A DNA stretch of 64,000 nt from Ostrea edulis. Taxonomy: Eukaryota. The notes under the pieces are model-generated. The model searched no databases. It saw only the letters and a list, made by a program, of their open reading frames with translations, and was not told where the DNA came from. The translations under genes and the position numbers were made by a program. The first letter of the stretch is position 1. Each line of letters opens with the position of its first letter. Of the stretch, positions 13,351-26,185 are shown in pieces. The stretch spans positions 102,486,001-102,550,000 of the forward strand of contig NC_079165.1 in NCBI RefSeq assembly GCF_947568905.1, in the 5' to 3' direction.

Positions 13351-13985
13351 AAAGGTGAAGATAACGAACAGCAATCAATCTCATAACTCCGATAAGCAAT
13401 ATAAAATAGAGACTTGGGCAAACACGGACCCCTGGATATACCAGAGGTGGGATCCGGTGCCCAGGAAGAGTAAGCATCCCCTGTCGATCGCTCATACCCG
13501 CCGTGATCCCTATATCTTGATCAGATAAACGAAGTTATCTGTAGTCAAAATCTAAGTGCCAAGCACGGCCTAACAATCGGTATGAAACATGTCAGACAGC
13601 ATTTGACCCAATGATATGTTGTATTGACGAACTAGATCGTTATAACGACCATAGAATTTGCAAAATACTGACTTTAAACGAGACTGTTGGAAGTCCTGCA
13701 CCATCAACTTGTTTGTCAGTAGCCTGCCTCAATTTAAAAAAAACTGACTATACGCAGAACAAGCTCTTGCGTATCAAATAAGTTGAGAGATATGAACACC
13801 ATATGCAGGTGATAATAGAATATTGCTACATAAATATGGGAAGTTGACGATGGAGAAGTTGAAATCATCCTGTTTGTCATAAAGTTGAGTGTTTAGTTTG
13901 CCGTTAATATCTAATTTCAATAAAATATCTAAGTATGAAGAGGAAGTGGACGACTCTGTGGTGTGTTTTAATTCGAGTTCTATGA
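13351..13985 (-). mobile_element. Naiad-type PLE 3' fragment nested in the L2 relic
   Basis: Full shared 3' UTR plus RT thumb coding sequence. Confidence 0.85.
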
Positions 13986-14029
13986 AATATACTGAGACGA
14001 CAAATGAATGAAAATTATTGTTGTTAATG

Positions 14030-14705
14030 TCGTCGATATATCTAAATATGGAATTGAAGGCGATATACTAAATCGACACATCAATGAAAATCATTGTTGG
14101 TAATAGATAATACGTCATCGATATATCTAAATATCGAATTGAAGACCAGAGGAAGAGACATTTTCTTCTCACGAAGAAGTTTGTGAATAAATTCTGCTTG
14201 ATAGGAATATAAAAACAGGTCAGCTATCAAAGGAGTACAATTCGTGCCCATGGGTATTCCAACAGATTGTTGGAAGACCTGATCACCATCGACCACAAGC
14301 TTTTAATCCTGAATAGTATTCATTATATCCTACTACAGGCTACTGACAAACATGTTGATGGTGCAGGAGTTTCAACAGTCTCATTTAAAGTCAGCATTTC
14401 GCAAATTATATGTCATTATAATGATCTAGTTTGCCAATACAACCTATCTTTGGGTCAAATACTGTCTGACGTTTTCATACCGGTTTTAGGACGTTCTTGG
14501 AACATTAATTTTGACTACGGATTACTTCGCTTATCTGATCAAGATATAGGCTCTCGGCAGATGTAGCCGTTTGACAGAGGATGCTTACTCTTTCTAGGCA
14601 CTGGATCCCACCTCTGATATATCCAGGTGTCTGTGTTTGCCCAACTCTCTATTTTGTACTGTTGATAGGATTTATGAGATTGATCATTGTTCGTTATCTT
14701 CATAT
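14030..14705. mobile_element. Naiad-type PLE fragment with 5' inversion
   Basis: Minus part encodes GIPMGTNCTPLIADLFLYSY...FRYIDDVL (RT motifs, ORF 14081..14296); the plus part 14330-14705 is the 3' end. Confidence 0.8.
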
Positions 14706-15639
14706 TTCATCCTTTCGTTGGTCGTTTTACAAGGTAAATTTGAGATTCATCCGCATAACTGTGGTAGTTTATCTCGTGTTGGCGACAGATGGTTCCAAAT
14801 GGTTTGGAAAACAGGCAGTAAAGTTTAGGCCCAAGAACATACCCTTGGAGAACGCGAAAAAAGGAATAACTCGTTCAGTGGATTAGACAGAGTTAATAGA
14901 TACAGATTGACGCCGCTCTTCTAAGTAAGAATGGATCCATTTTAAGACACCACCTATTATTCCATAAGCTACATCAAGTCTATTAAGTAAGATGCGATGG
15001 TCAGTGAAATCAAATGTAACAGACTACCAGTTATCTAATACCTGTGAAATATCATGATGGCGTTTTCTGTAGAATGCTACTTTTTTGTATGCTGATTGCA
15101 CAGAGACAATTCAAATTAAGATGTTCATCCAGTTTCTTAGCCACTACCTTTTCAAGTATTTTAGAGATAAATGGTAGATTGCTGACAGATCTGGAGTTTA
15201 TTTAGTCCTCGTTTCTTAAGCAGCAGTGTTATAACTGCCTACTTGAAGCTGGAAGGAACTGAATTTTCAGAGAGGGACACGTTAATTATAGATGCTATTG
15301 CAGAAAGAAGTATGAGCATCGTCTTATCAGATAGCTGTTCCACAATTACATCCCCATACCAATGTTTCTTAAGTGGAAGTTTTAAGCATTTTCCAAGGTA
15401 AGAAATTTACTCATGACTATATATATTCATGAGCAACTTTGCTCCGTGTGCAAAAGTAGATTTCTACGAATTGACATGTGATTTAAGTCAGTGTATATTC
15501 TGTTACTCTATTTATTTGTAATAATAGATTTCATATAAAAATGACTTCATTCAGGAGTAAGAGAATTCTTCTATTTGGTTTAAACATCGGAATTACAGTC
15601 GGGTGTTCTTATGGACCTGAAATTAGAAGAATTTGATGT

Positions 15640-15869
15640 TTTCCGCCACACTCAACAATTTTTTCATTTATCTGCTGGCGCCCAGTTTTTATTGATGGGA
15701 GAGAAAACCCAGGTACAATTTACCTGGGAAGAGACCACCGACCTTCCGAAAGTAAATTGGGAAACTGTCTCACTTACTGACGAGAGCGGGATTCGAACCC
15801 GCGCCGACAGAGGTGAGAGACCGTGTGATTTTGATCGCAATGCTCTAACCACTCGGCCACGGAGGCCCC
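15640..15869 (-). mobile_element. tRNA-derived SINE (family B, CORE-like body)
   Basis: Minus strand GGGGCCTCCGTGGCCGAGTGGTTAGAGC A box and GGTTCGAATCCC B box; second copy at 42652-42880. Confidence 0.8.
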
Positions 15870-16457
15870 TCCGAAAAGAAAAGAATATCTTCGTCCCTCT
15901 ATGAAATACCCGGCTTTTGTCAACAGGTATCATTTTAAAGCCAATTTTAAAGTAGCAGTGAACTCATGATATTTGTAAGGTCAAGAACATGTGATGAAAA
16001 TCACACAGATACAACATGTAATGCTGATACAATATGTTTGTGTTTATTCAACCAAATCGGTAAATAGAAACAGAAAATTTGCTTTCGCTGATGTGAGTAG
16101 AATTATTTGCATATATCCCAGATTAGGTGCGTGCGAAAATGCTTACATGAGTATTTTCTTTTCTGGTTATTATAGACAAACTCTGCATATGAGTAAAGCT
16201 CACCGAATAAACAAGGCTTAAGATGTTTTACATTTATTTCATACTTTTATTTCTATTGCCACATTAATTCTGCACGGGATTCTGTATAAAATGCACAAAC
16301 TTAATGGACACACGAATGTATTTTTATCTATTTGTGGCTAAAACAATTGTTGGTTGGCAGTTAGCATGCATACATCACTTTGTTGCGCTAAATATAAATA
16401 TGACGTGTCCCCGCTTTCCCAAGCATCCTCTCATTTGATTAATATTTCATCTCGGAA

Positions 16458-19400
16458 ATGACTGTTAAAACTTACGGTTGGTATTATAGTTCCCCATAAA
16501 GTTTTTAATACTAAAATGATATGTTTCATGTTATAGTTTACTGATCGTTTATAACATGCATGATATTGTTTTCTCTTCTGTTGAATTTAGGAGACTATCG
16601 CTGTTTTGCAAATTATTTCTGGAGCGACCCGGAGAATGGCTGTGTCGGTATGTAATGACATTTCTGTACACAATGAGAATGGCTGTGTCGGTTTATGTAC
16701 ACAATGAGAATGGTTGTGTCGGGTTATGTACACAATGAGAATGGCTGTGTCGGGTTATGTACACAATGAGAATGGTTGTGTCGGTATGTAATGACATTTA
16801 TGTACACAATGAGAATGGTTGTGTCGGTATGTAATGACATTTCTGTACACAATGAGAATGGTTGTGTCGGGTTATGTACACAATGAGAATGGTTGTGTTG
16901 CTATGTAAATTTATTTACATTCAGAAACGTATTACACATTGAGAATGCCTGTGTGGGTGTGAATGTACATCTGTACACATTAACAATGGCTGTGTCGGTA
17001 TGTTAAGGTATTTTTGTACACATGAGAATGGCTGTGTCGTTATGTAAAGGTATTGTTGTACATATGAGAATGGCTGTGTCGGTATGTAAAGGTATTTCTG
17101 TACACATGAGAATGACTGTGTCGGTATGTAAAGGTATATCTGTACACACGAGAATGGCTGTGTCGGTATGTATAAACGTATTGTTGTACACATGAAAATG
17201 GCTGTCTCGGTATCTAAAGGTATTGTTGTACACATGGGAATGGCTGTGTCGTTATGTAAAGGTATATCTGTACACATGAGAATGACTGTGTCGGTATGTA
17301 AAGGTATTTTTGTACACATGAGAATGACTGTGTCGTTATGTAAAGGTATATCTGTACACATGAGAATGGCTGTGTCGGTATGTAAAGGTATTTTTGTACA
17401 CATGAGAATGGCTGTGTCGGTATGTAAAGGTATTTTTGTACACATGAGAATGACTGTGTCGGTATGTAAAGGTATTGTTGTACACATGAGAATGACCGAG
17501 TTTGTTTGTACAAGTATTCATGTACACATTGAGAATGGTTGTGTCGGTATGTATAAACGTATTTATGTACTCAATGAGAATAGTTGTTTGGTAGGTAAAT
17601 CTATGTACACATTAAGAAAAGTATCTATTTACATATTGAGAATGCATGTGTGGATATGAGAATGTATTTATGTACACATTGACAGTGGTTGTGTGGGTAT
17701 GTAAGTGTTTTTAAAGTGCCCTGAAGTCATGGGTGCAAAAATGGTGAATAGGTTCAGAAATACCTTTGAATTAAGATATAAGAATGAAAACGTATGACCG
17801 TGCGTGCATTCAATACCGAAATATTCCACGTCGAAGTTAGCAATATTTTTGCACCTGCCAGAAATCAATCAACTGAACTTCCGGTTTTACTATATTTAGC
17901 CATAATGCCATTTGGCGTCACATCACATCAATTTCAAATATTCCATTAAACGCAAGCGATACCTGCACTTCTTCGAACGAAATCGACCTCCACATGTCAT
18001 TTGAAGCGTCTTCCTTTGAAGATTATCCCGACGAGGACGTGCAGGACATCTTCCCTTACCAATATGAGACAGATGCAACGGATTCTTACGATTCCGATGA
18101 GTTAAATGGAAAGAATGTTGAACCTGAACAACATCGCCTCGGAAACACGGAATGGTAGGGCGCTCTTAGACTGTAAATTTATAAAATAAATTATGGGAAA
18201 TACGAAATTGATCAATCAACTGTACATCATTCTTAATTACATCAATGATGAATTACAGATGTCAAATTGTCATATTACGCCGGGGTGGTATGGTATAGAC
18301 CCTTAATTATATTATTACAGACAAAATTACTGGTTTCGATGGTGTATATTGGTGTAGTTAATTACTTCAATGATAAAGTGCCGAAATACATTCTGTCCTC
18401 TTGTTCGATACCTCCTCTATAATAGTACATAACACTTCTATAAGATTTCTGTTTTAAATTATCATGTAATAGAGAATTATCTTTTTTTCTATTATTAAGT
18501 TTAACATTTCATTTGATTTCTTTATTCTTTCACAAATTTACATGGTTTACAAATCATATTATGTGTCAATGTGGATTTTGTACCAATATGCCAACTGCCA
18601 AGGAGAGTGTATGCTGCACCGAATTACCAGGGGTTGATGCGAAGAAGGAGTCATTCAACAAGGAACTGGCCTGTATTGCTGAACACCCCGACTTTTCACC
18701 AGTGTGTTCAGACGTGTATGTGCTCGAGACAGGACACTACCAATACCGATCCCAGTGTGGAGAAATGAGGGCAACAATTGAAGAGCACGTCATTTTTATT
18801 ATCCATTCAATCAAATAATATGATAATTCACATAGTCATTGGGTCAGATTGCAAGTTTATCATTAGTGAATAATTACAAACATTTCCTGGAATTACAGGC
18901 GGAACAGATACAGAGCATGCAGACAATTTGTTTGATGGTGCTTGGGATACCTAGGACACAAGGTGCGAGTCCCTCTACCGTCATGTGTTGCGATAAAGTT
19001 ACGGAATTCCTTTGTCTCTGAGGAGTATCAAGGATTCCATGCACCTGAGTGATGGTATGATTTTGATGAAGCAACTTTAAAAACAAATGTACGATTCATA
19101 GATGATGCATACAAAGAATTCAAGCACAATATTCTAACAGAAGTGGTCCAAAAATAATACATTTATGAACATATTGGTATCATAATATAATAATTATAAA
19201 TATACTAAACACTGGCAAAACAGAATATCACAAAATCAAAGTTTTAGAAAGCATCAGCCACACAAACAATATTTAAATAAAATGTTTCTGCACCCGGGAA
19301 CGAGACGAGGACCCTGCTCTCATGTTACCATCTTGTTTCTTTTCTTCCTTTCTTTTTTTTTTTATAGGTTTTATCATTTTTAACTCGGACTACTATTACA

Positions 19401-21933
19401 TATACTAAGATAATTCTACATATATAGGGGTTTCAACAGTCTCGATTGAAGTCAGCATTTCGCAAATTCTATGGTCGTTATAACGATCTAGTTCGTCAAT
19501 ACAACCTATCATTGGGTCAAATCCTGTCTGACGTGTTTCATACCGACTGTTAAGCCGTTCTTGGCACACTGATTTTGACTGCAGATAACTCTGTTTATCT
19601 GATCAGGATATAGGGCTCACGGCGGGTGTGACCGGTCAACAGGGGGTGCTTACTCCTCCTAGGCACCTGATCCCACCTCTGGTGTGTCCAGGTGTCCGTG
19701 TTTGCCCAACTATCTATTTTGTATTGCTTGTAGGAGTTATGAGATTGGTCACTGTTCTTTATCTTCACCTTGCATACTATGGTAATATTCCATAAACCAT
19801 TTACAAAAATACACTGTTACATGCAAGACCAAATACAGATTGTTACATAACTGTCAGACCCTATATCATGGTCGTCCCCAGTCCTTTTTTATTTGTAAAA
19901 ATTAACAAAACCAAAGATAAAGGTATTTCACGATGATTTAACATTTTTAACAAGATTGAAAAAGCTTCCATCTGTATGACAAACATATTGTTTTTATCCG
20001 TTTTGCAAGAATGTCCAAATACACTGTAAGTAGCATAACTTTTTTCACATTCACACAGATGTCCGTTCCGCCTGAACATCGATCTGAAATGTAGCACCAC
20101 TTCTTCTTTATAAGGATGGCAAAAGTTACTGCACAGTGGAGGCGGTTAAACTGGCAACAAGCATAGTAATGGATCGGATGACACCTGGAAGGTCAAACAC
20201 GTCTTCTTTATCAGGACTGATGCATAGTCTGGAATAAATGGACAATATTTGAAATGTTTTGTGTGCTTTATATCCTAACAAATAAATTGTTCTCTAGTAA
20301 ATATATTGTTGTTTCAATCCTACAATTTTATTGTGGTATGAATTATGATAGTGGGTTATCTTTAGAAGTACATTCTTACTAAATGTAGGATTGATAATGT
20401 ATTTATATACACATTGACATAGGTTGTATGGGTATATAAGCGTATTTAAGTACATATTGAGAATAACTATGTGGATATGTAGATGTATTTATGTACACCT
20501 GAAAATGTTTACGTGGGAGTGTAATAATATTTAATAGGTACTTGTATTTCCTAAAGGGCAGGGGTGTTTCTTATCACCGTGTCAGTATTTCAAGCATAAT
20601 TTCTATAATAGCTCACGATAATTTTGCAAATGAATTGTCTCATCAAGGATTTAGAACATCAGGTAAATGGTTTTTATTTAATTGAGAATTCATTCCTTAT
20701 CATCTAGCTTGCAAAGCAGGGAGCTACGGTACCAACTGCGAAAAGAATTGTCCACCCGGTCGTTATGGAAAATTCTGTGCATTGGAATGCGCTTGTCGAA
20801 CGAGTTATTACTGTGATAAGGCGAAGGGTTGCATATCTAGAGGTAATTCAGTCAATATTAGTATATTTTACTGCATAAGAATCATTTAACAAACAGTTAA
20901 ATATACGATCGATGTTTTAAAACTTTCTTTTCAAAGACATTGATGTAAAAGGGTTTTTAGTTATGAAATTGAGAGATCGGGAGAGAATGTCACTTTTGAT
21001 ATTAATCATATAATATATTATATGAATGTAATGTAGAATTTTGCACGTTAAGAACCTTTATACATGTATATACAAATAGTTAAACATTCCTACTATTGTT
21101 ATATTTCGTTTTCAGAAAGACCATTTAAACCCACAGCTTCTCTGCCACTATCATCATCAGCAACGTCAGCTAATTCATATTTGTTTTCGGAGGGTTGGAC
21201 ATCTGATGCTTCAACTTCAACGAAATCAAAGATAGGGTCTACAAGACCAGTAGTATCATCAACAACTACCCTGGGGTCTTCAACAACATCTAGCGAAATT
21301 ATCAATGCAGAAACCAATAATGATATCACTATTTTTTTCATGGGGGGAATTATTGGAATCCTCATAATCATTATATTTGTGATAATTTCAAGAAAACTTT
21401 GCGTCCTACACACAAATAGGAAATACCAGAAAAATTTAGAGGAAACAAAACATTTTACGGAAGGAAGACGGTCCGACGAGTACCAGGAAATAAACATAAA
21501 TGACATTGTAGATCAGGCAGAAGTATCTGCAAATTGGTACAATATCATAACCGAGGAAACTGCACAATCTCAGGGTTCCAATTATCAAGAGATTGTGTCT
21601 GAATTAAACAAGGAAGTAAAGTCGACCTACTTTCATCACGAATTCGACAATAGTACCTCATCAGGAAATAATGGAGGATATATAGAACCAGAATCACGAA
21701 GACCGACTCACTCTTATATAGAGGTTATAGAGCCTATGATACATGCGTCCGATCCTGCAAATAGTGACCAGGACGGGGGTAGCTCAGATAAATCTGACCA
21801 CTTAGAGGAGTATCAAGATACTATGAATATAGAGAAAAGTGATCAATCATGTTCAAATGAGGCAAAGGGGTCAAATCTCCATGAATTTAACTTAAATGAT
21901 ACGTATCTCGATGTTGTGCATAATTTATCCTAA
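16458..21933 (+). CDS. G3: receptor paralog closest to G1, spliced model 342 aa
   Basis: Tentative exon 16458-16476 (MTVKTY, GTTGGT donor), 16591-16647 (GDYRCFANYFWSDPENGCV, GTATGT donor), 20708-20842 (CKAGSYGTNC...CDKAKGCISR) and 21116-21933 (stalk, TM FFMGGIIGILIIIIFVIIS, tail). Total 1029 nt in frame. The last two exons are firm; the first is uncertain because the alternative donor at 16481 would frameshift. Confidence 0.65.
16632..17710 (+). repeat. 31/42/43-bp minisatellite, about 25 units, each the 3' end of the G3 CC exon plus a 5' splice site
   Basis: Unit GAGAATGGCTGTGTCG|GTATGTAAAGGTATTTTTGTACACAT; the first unit overlaps the true exon end at 16647. Degenerate units resume at about 20395-20520. 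Confidence 0.88.
17994..19052 (+). pseudogene. P2X7 C-terminal ballast-like Cys-rich protein (transposon-type), 3 exons, disabled
   Basis: Exon 1 ...FPYQYE...RLGNTEW, exon 2 CQCGFCTNMPTAKESVCCTE...CIAEHPDF (acceptor AG lost near 18562) and exon 3 YRACRQFV*WCLGYLGHKVRVPLPSC with a premature TGA at 18933. Confidence 0.75.
19425..19772 (+). mobile_element. Naiad-type PLE 3' fragment
   Basis: Near-consensus copy of the shared 3' region ending TTATCTTCACCT. Confidence 0.85.
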
Positions 21934-22009
21934 AAAAGGTATATTTTTAATAAAAAGTTTGCAGACCTCTTAACGAGTACATTTGTTATATAATCCTCTT
22001 TTCTTTTTT

Positions 22010-22967
22010 TAACTACGGATTACTCCGTTTATCTGATCAAGATATAGGGCTCGGGGAGGATATAACTGGTCAAAAGAGATGCTTACTCCTAGGCACTTAA
22101 TCCCACCTGTAGTGTGTCCATGGGTCCATGTTTGCACTACTCTCAATGAGTGCTTTATGAGAGTGATCACTTGTCTGTTATTCTTGGGGTTTTTTTGGGT
22201 TTTTTTTGTTTTTTTGTTTGTTTTTTTTTTTGTTTTTTTGTTTTTTACAAAAGTTCATGTTCATCATTTGATGCGCTTCGAATCATGATTTATACAAAAT
22301 CTTTACGAATACACTTATAGTTTTTGTAACACGAATTGAAAAAGCCACTAATATAAGTAATCTTTTCTCAAGAGTATTATCGTCAAAATCGATTGAAAAT
22401 TGGTGTCTACTCTTGTAAAGGCTCTGTCAACGCCATTTACACCATCTCCAAAATGAAGTACAAATCTACAAAAATTCATGTAAATATAGCGAATTAACAG
22501 TCGATACCCGTCTTGGGTTTACACGGGCTTGTAAATATAGTGAATTAACAGTCGATACCCGTCTTGGGTTTACACGGGCTTGGGAATCGAAAATCGAACC
22601 CTGGCTTGGATTTCTCGAAAATATCTCAATCTTAAGTTTGAGTTTTCTTTTAATCGACCATTCCAAATTTAAATAGGAGCTCAGACTTAAGTCAAAGTTT
22701 AGAAATCGAGGCCCCTCAAAAGCAAAGCGAGCGCCTCAACCACTACGCTACCGCAACCAGAAAGGTAAAGGTAATTTAGAAGACTTATGCAAGTTTTTCA
22801 TCGTTTACCTGATCAAGACATAGAGCTCACGGCGGGTGTGACAGGGAATGCTTACACCTCCAGGCACCCGATCCCACCTCTGGTGTCTGGTTTGTCCAGG
22901 AGCCCGTGTTTGTGCTACTCTGAATTTTGTATTCTTTATAGGAATTATGAGCGTTTTCTTCACCTTT
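22010..22967 (+). mobile_element. Two short Naiad-type 3' fragments (about 22010-22170 and 22795-22967)
   Basis: Shared 3' UTR motifs CCGTTTACCTGATCAAG and AGGCACCTGATCCCACCTCTGG. Confidence 0.75.
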
Positions 22968-23117
22968 ACATGTAACCCTACATCTGATTTATTCTTCGAA
23001 GCAATGAATTTTAAAAGAATATTGAAATAAACAGTCTTAGGAACTCGAGCACGTGGTGAGGAATTAGTACAGTTGGTAGAGCTTAGGACGTGTTGAATGT
23101 CGTAGGGTTACTGTTTG

Positions 23118-23750
23118 AAAGGTGAAGATAACAAGCAGTGATCAATCTGATAAATTTCATATTGATAAGCAATACAAAATAGATAGTTGGGCAAACACAG
23201 ACCCCTGGACACACCAGAGGTGGGATCAGGTGCCTAGGAGGAGTAAGCATCCCCTGTCGACCCGTCACATCCGCCGTGAGTCGTATATCTTGATCAGGTA
23301 AACGGAGTTATCCGTAGGCAAAATAAGTGTGCCACGAACGGTCTAACAATCGGTATGAAACACGTCAAACAGCATTTGACCCAATGATAGGTTGTATTGG
23401 CAAACTAGATCGTTATAACGACCATAGAATTTGCGATATGCTGACTTTGAACGAGACTGTTGAAACCCCTGTACGATCAACTTGTTTGTTAGTAACTTGC
23501 CTCGATTTAAAAACTGACTATACGCAGAACAAGCTCTTGCGTATCGAATCAGTTGAGAGATATCAACACCATATGCAGGTAATAATGGAATATTGCTACA
23601 TAAATATGGGAAACTGACGATGGGGAAGCTGAAATCATCCCGTTTGTCATACAGTTGAGTTGTTAGTTTGCCGTTAATATCTAATTCCAATAAAATATCT
23701 AAGTATGAAGCAGAAGTGGACGACTCTATGGTGTCTTTTATTTCGAGCTC
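23118..23750 (-). mobile_element. Naiad-type PLE 3' fragment with intact thumb-domain frame
   Basis: ORF 23343..23690 LYDKRDDFSFPIVSFPYLCSNIP..PAYGVDISQLIRYARAC...DVFHTDC* ends without a C-terminal GIY-YIG domain. Confidence 0.85.
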
Positions 23751-24539
23751 GCAGCGTTAATTAAGATAATGTCTGTCTTTTTTGCATGCCATCTAGCGTC
23801 AATTCAGTTAATGACTGTTGGTTTTGCATTGGTGATCGTTGGTTTTGCAACGGAGTCTACTGATTTTATTTGAAGCTGGTTTGTTTTGTTTTTCTGTATG
23901 TTTTTTAAAATAATTTGTTCGTTTTGCATTATTGTCTTTTTTTACCCTTTCCGCCGTCCATATTTTTGATGACCTGGTGTAAACAGAAAATGATTTCATA
24001 TCTCTGGGAGAGTATTCTAATCACACGTAAGACGAAATCATGGAAAAGTAATTAAACAGACATGAGAAATGTGATGGTGTGTTTTAACGAAGGTAGATCT
24101 GAAAACTGCCTACCTAAAAAACTACGATATTCCGCTTTTTCAAAAACGAAATCTTTAGACTTTGTCAAAAAATCATAAAAAAGTAATATGGTTGCAAAAG
24201 GAAAATCTTTTTCGTATTATTTATTGAAAATAACTTTTACGATGTTATTAAATGCATTTACTTCTACATAAAACAATGCAAAACCGAATAAACTTCGAAA
24301 TAAGAGACAGTGTTGTGTGATAATCTAATATGAATAATAGAAATATATTATTTTTTTTAAATGGATATATTCCTGTTTTTAGTTCGTTTGCGATTATGAG
24401 CTGCACGTGCACTTATCATATAAATTTCTATTTCTGATCTGTGCTATCATTAGATGAAATTCGATGAAAAAGACTTTACTGCGAATTAATTTATTTGTAT
24501 TGTGAACAAAATCGGGTTCCTATATTGGTTGTTTCCGTG

Positions 24540-26185
24540 TTAGAGAGTATATTACAACATGGTTTCCGTCCTTAATTGAGTATGCCATGGTTGTTGTATG
24601 GCGCGTCAAATTAGCAAAAACTAAATGTCTTTCATTATTTGAAGATATAATCAATTCATTTGATGCACGCAACAATTCAATTCAAGATTTCTTCAAATAG
24701 TTAATGAAATATTCAAATTTGAATTATTACGCACATTAATTGAATTGTTGGTAACATTGACAATAATCAGGATTATTTCATATTATATCAAATAGTCCAA
24801 ATTAATTTTGGGCACAGTGTTTACATCGTTACAATATTTAAATTAAATTTCCTATGCCTGGTCCGAGACTTATCGGTACGAACTAATCAATTATTACACA
24901 CCGGAAGTGACTTGCATCAACCCACATTGGGATACATTCACGCAGGCCTCTGTAGACATTTCTAAGCAGCCTTGACTTGAGATGAAACGCGAACAATTGG
25001 ACATTGATTAATATCTTGTATAGTGGGGTCAATTGTAAATGAACTCTTTCAAACAATAAGCAATGTAAGTAATTCTGGTTACTATTCACCCTGTCGCATT
25101 TCCTTTGGGGTTGGGGACTGTGGATACCGTTGCGGCAGGTTATGACTTTTTCTGCCCCCAAACCTGGTGTCTTCTTCCACCTGCCATTAAGGGGGGTGTG
25201 TGTATCATATGGTGTTTTGTATTGTGACGTCTAAAAGCCAAGTAGTTTAAATTGTTTTTACAAGTGGGGTTCACAGCTTCGAAATCGCTGGGGCACATTC
25301 ATTTCCCAAATCAAGGGTGGGGATGATACAGGCTAGTGCATGTTTCAGGCAAAGGTAGGGCGGCAATACTCATTTACCCTGTCCATGCTCACTCAAACCA
25401 GGTAGCATACAGGAGACGGGGGAGTAAAGGCCCTCCCTTAGAACGTGGTGACACGTTCAGGTCATTGTGGTCCTGGGTATCTTTGCCGAAATTGTGTCCC
25501 CTACATGGATAGTTAAATTGGGCTCACTGGTCGGCTCCATAGCTCCCCACAAAAAACTTTTCTATGCGGCCTTTACCACCAGTTTTTTCTGCATGATTAT
25601 GATTCAATAAAGTATAGACCTTAATCATGTTGTCAATCATACTACCAGAAGGTTGATGGTTTGAAAGGATGGCATTCATGCCTGCCTTAATTCTCAGGTC
25701 ATGTGTTCAACATTATTTCAATAATTAATTGAATTGTTGTTCTTTTGAAATGAATTAAATTTATAAACAATAAAATTGATGCACCCACTATTTCAATTGA
25801 AGAGAGCAATAATTCATTTAATGGGCACATCAATTGAATTAATACACGAATTAATACAATATTCAATTATTGTTCTTTTCAACGGAATTAATTATCTCTT
25901 TAATTGAATTGTCGTCTTTAAAAGAATTGATGCACGCATTAATTTCAATTACAAAATCATTGCAAATAATTGAAAATATCTTCCATTGAATTAAATAGAT
26001 CAGAGAGCAACAGTTGATTTGATACGCACATCAATTCAATTGCGATGAGCACATAAAATCAATTATTACTCTCATCAGTTGAATTAATACGGGAATGAAT
26101 TCAATTATATAATGAGATGCGCACCTTAGTTAAATGATGAGAACAATAATTGATTTGGTGTACGCATCAATTGAATAAAATTAAT
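24540..26185. repeat. AT-rich internally repetitive element (AATTGATGCACGCA-type motifs) interrupted by a GC-richer insert
   Basis: Recurrent TTGATGCACGCA/CATCAATTGAATT motifs at about 24560-24760 and 25710-26180; probably a MITE or foldback relic. Confidence 0.45.

Larger units (their letters stand above)
12390..15430 (-). mobile_element. L2/CR1-clade LINE relic interrupted by Naiad insertions
   Basis: Minus-strand remnants: SNLPFISKILEKVV (about 15130-15190), QGYVLGP (about 14830), HSYADESQIY (about 14740) and the C-terminal LDRLQKVQNTTARLVSRT...DHISSVLVQLRW (ORF 12841..13110). The 3' tail is near 12400. Confidence 0.85.
17715..20330. mobile_element. Kolobok-like DNA transposon relic in G3 intron 2
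   Basis: Left end TTAA|AGTGCCCTGAAG (TTAA target plus RR terminus) interrupts the minisatellite; carries a P2X7-ballast-like ORF. The right TIR and transposase were not recognisable. Confidence 0.5.

Noticed and set aside
16921-17659. Long overlapping ORFs on both strands (188, 163, 99 aa)
   Set aside because: Artefacts of a 42-bp (multiple of 3) minisatellite lying in a predicted intron.
18513-18818. Functional P2X7 receptor gene
   Set aside because: Only the cytoplasmic ballast-like domain is present with no channel domain; one acceptor is lost and there is a premature stop.
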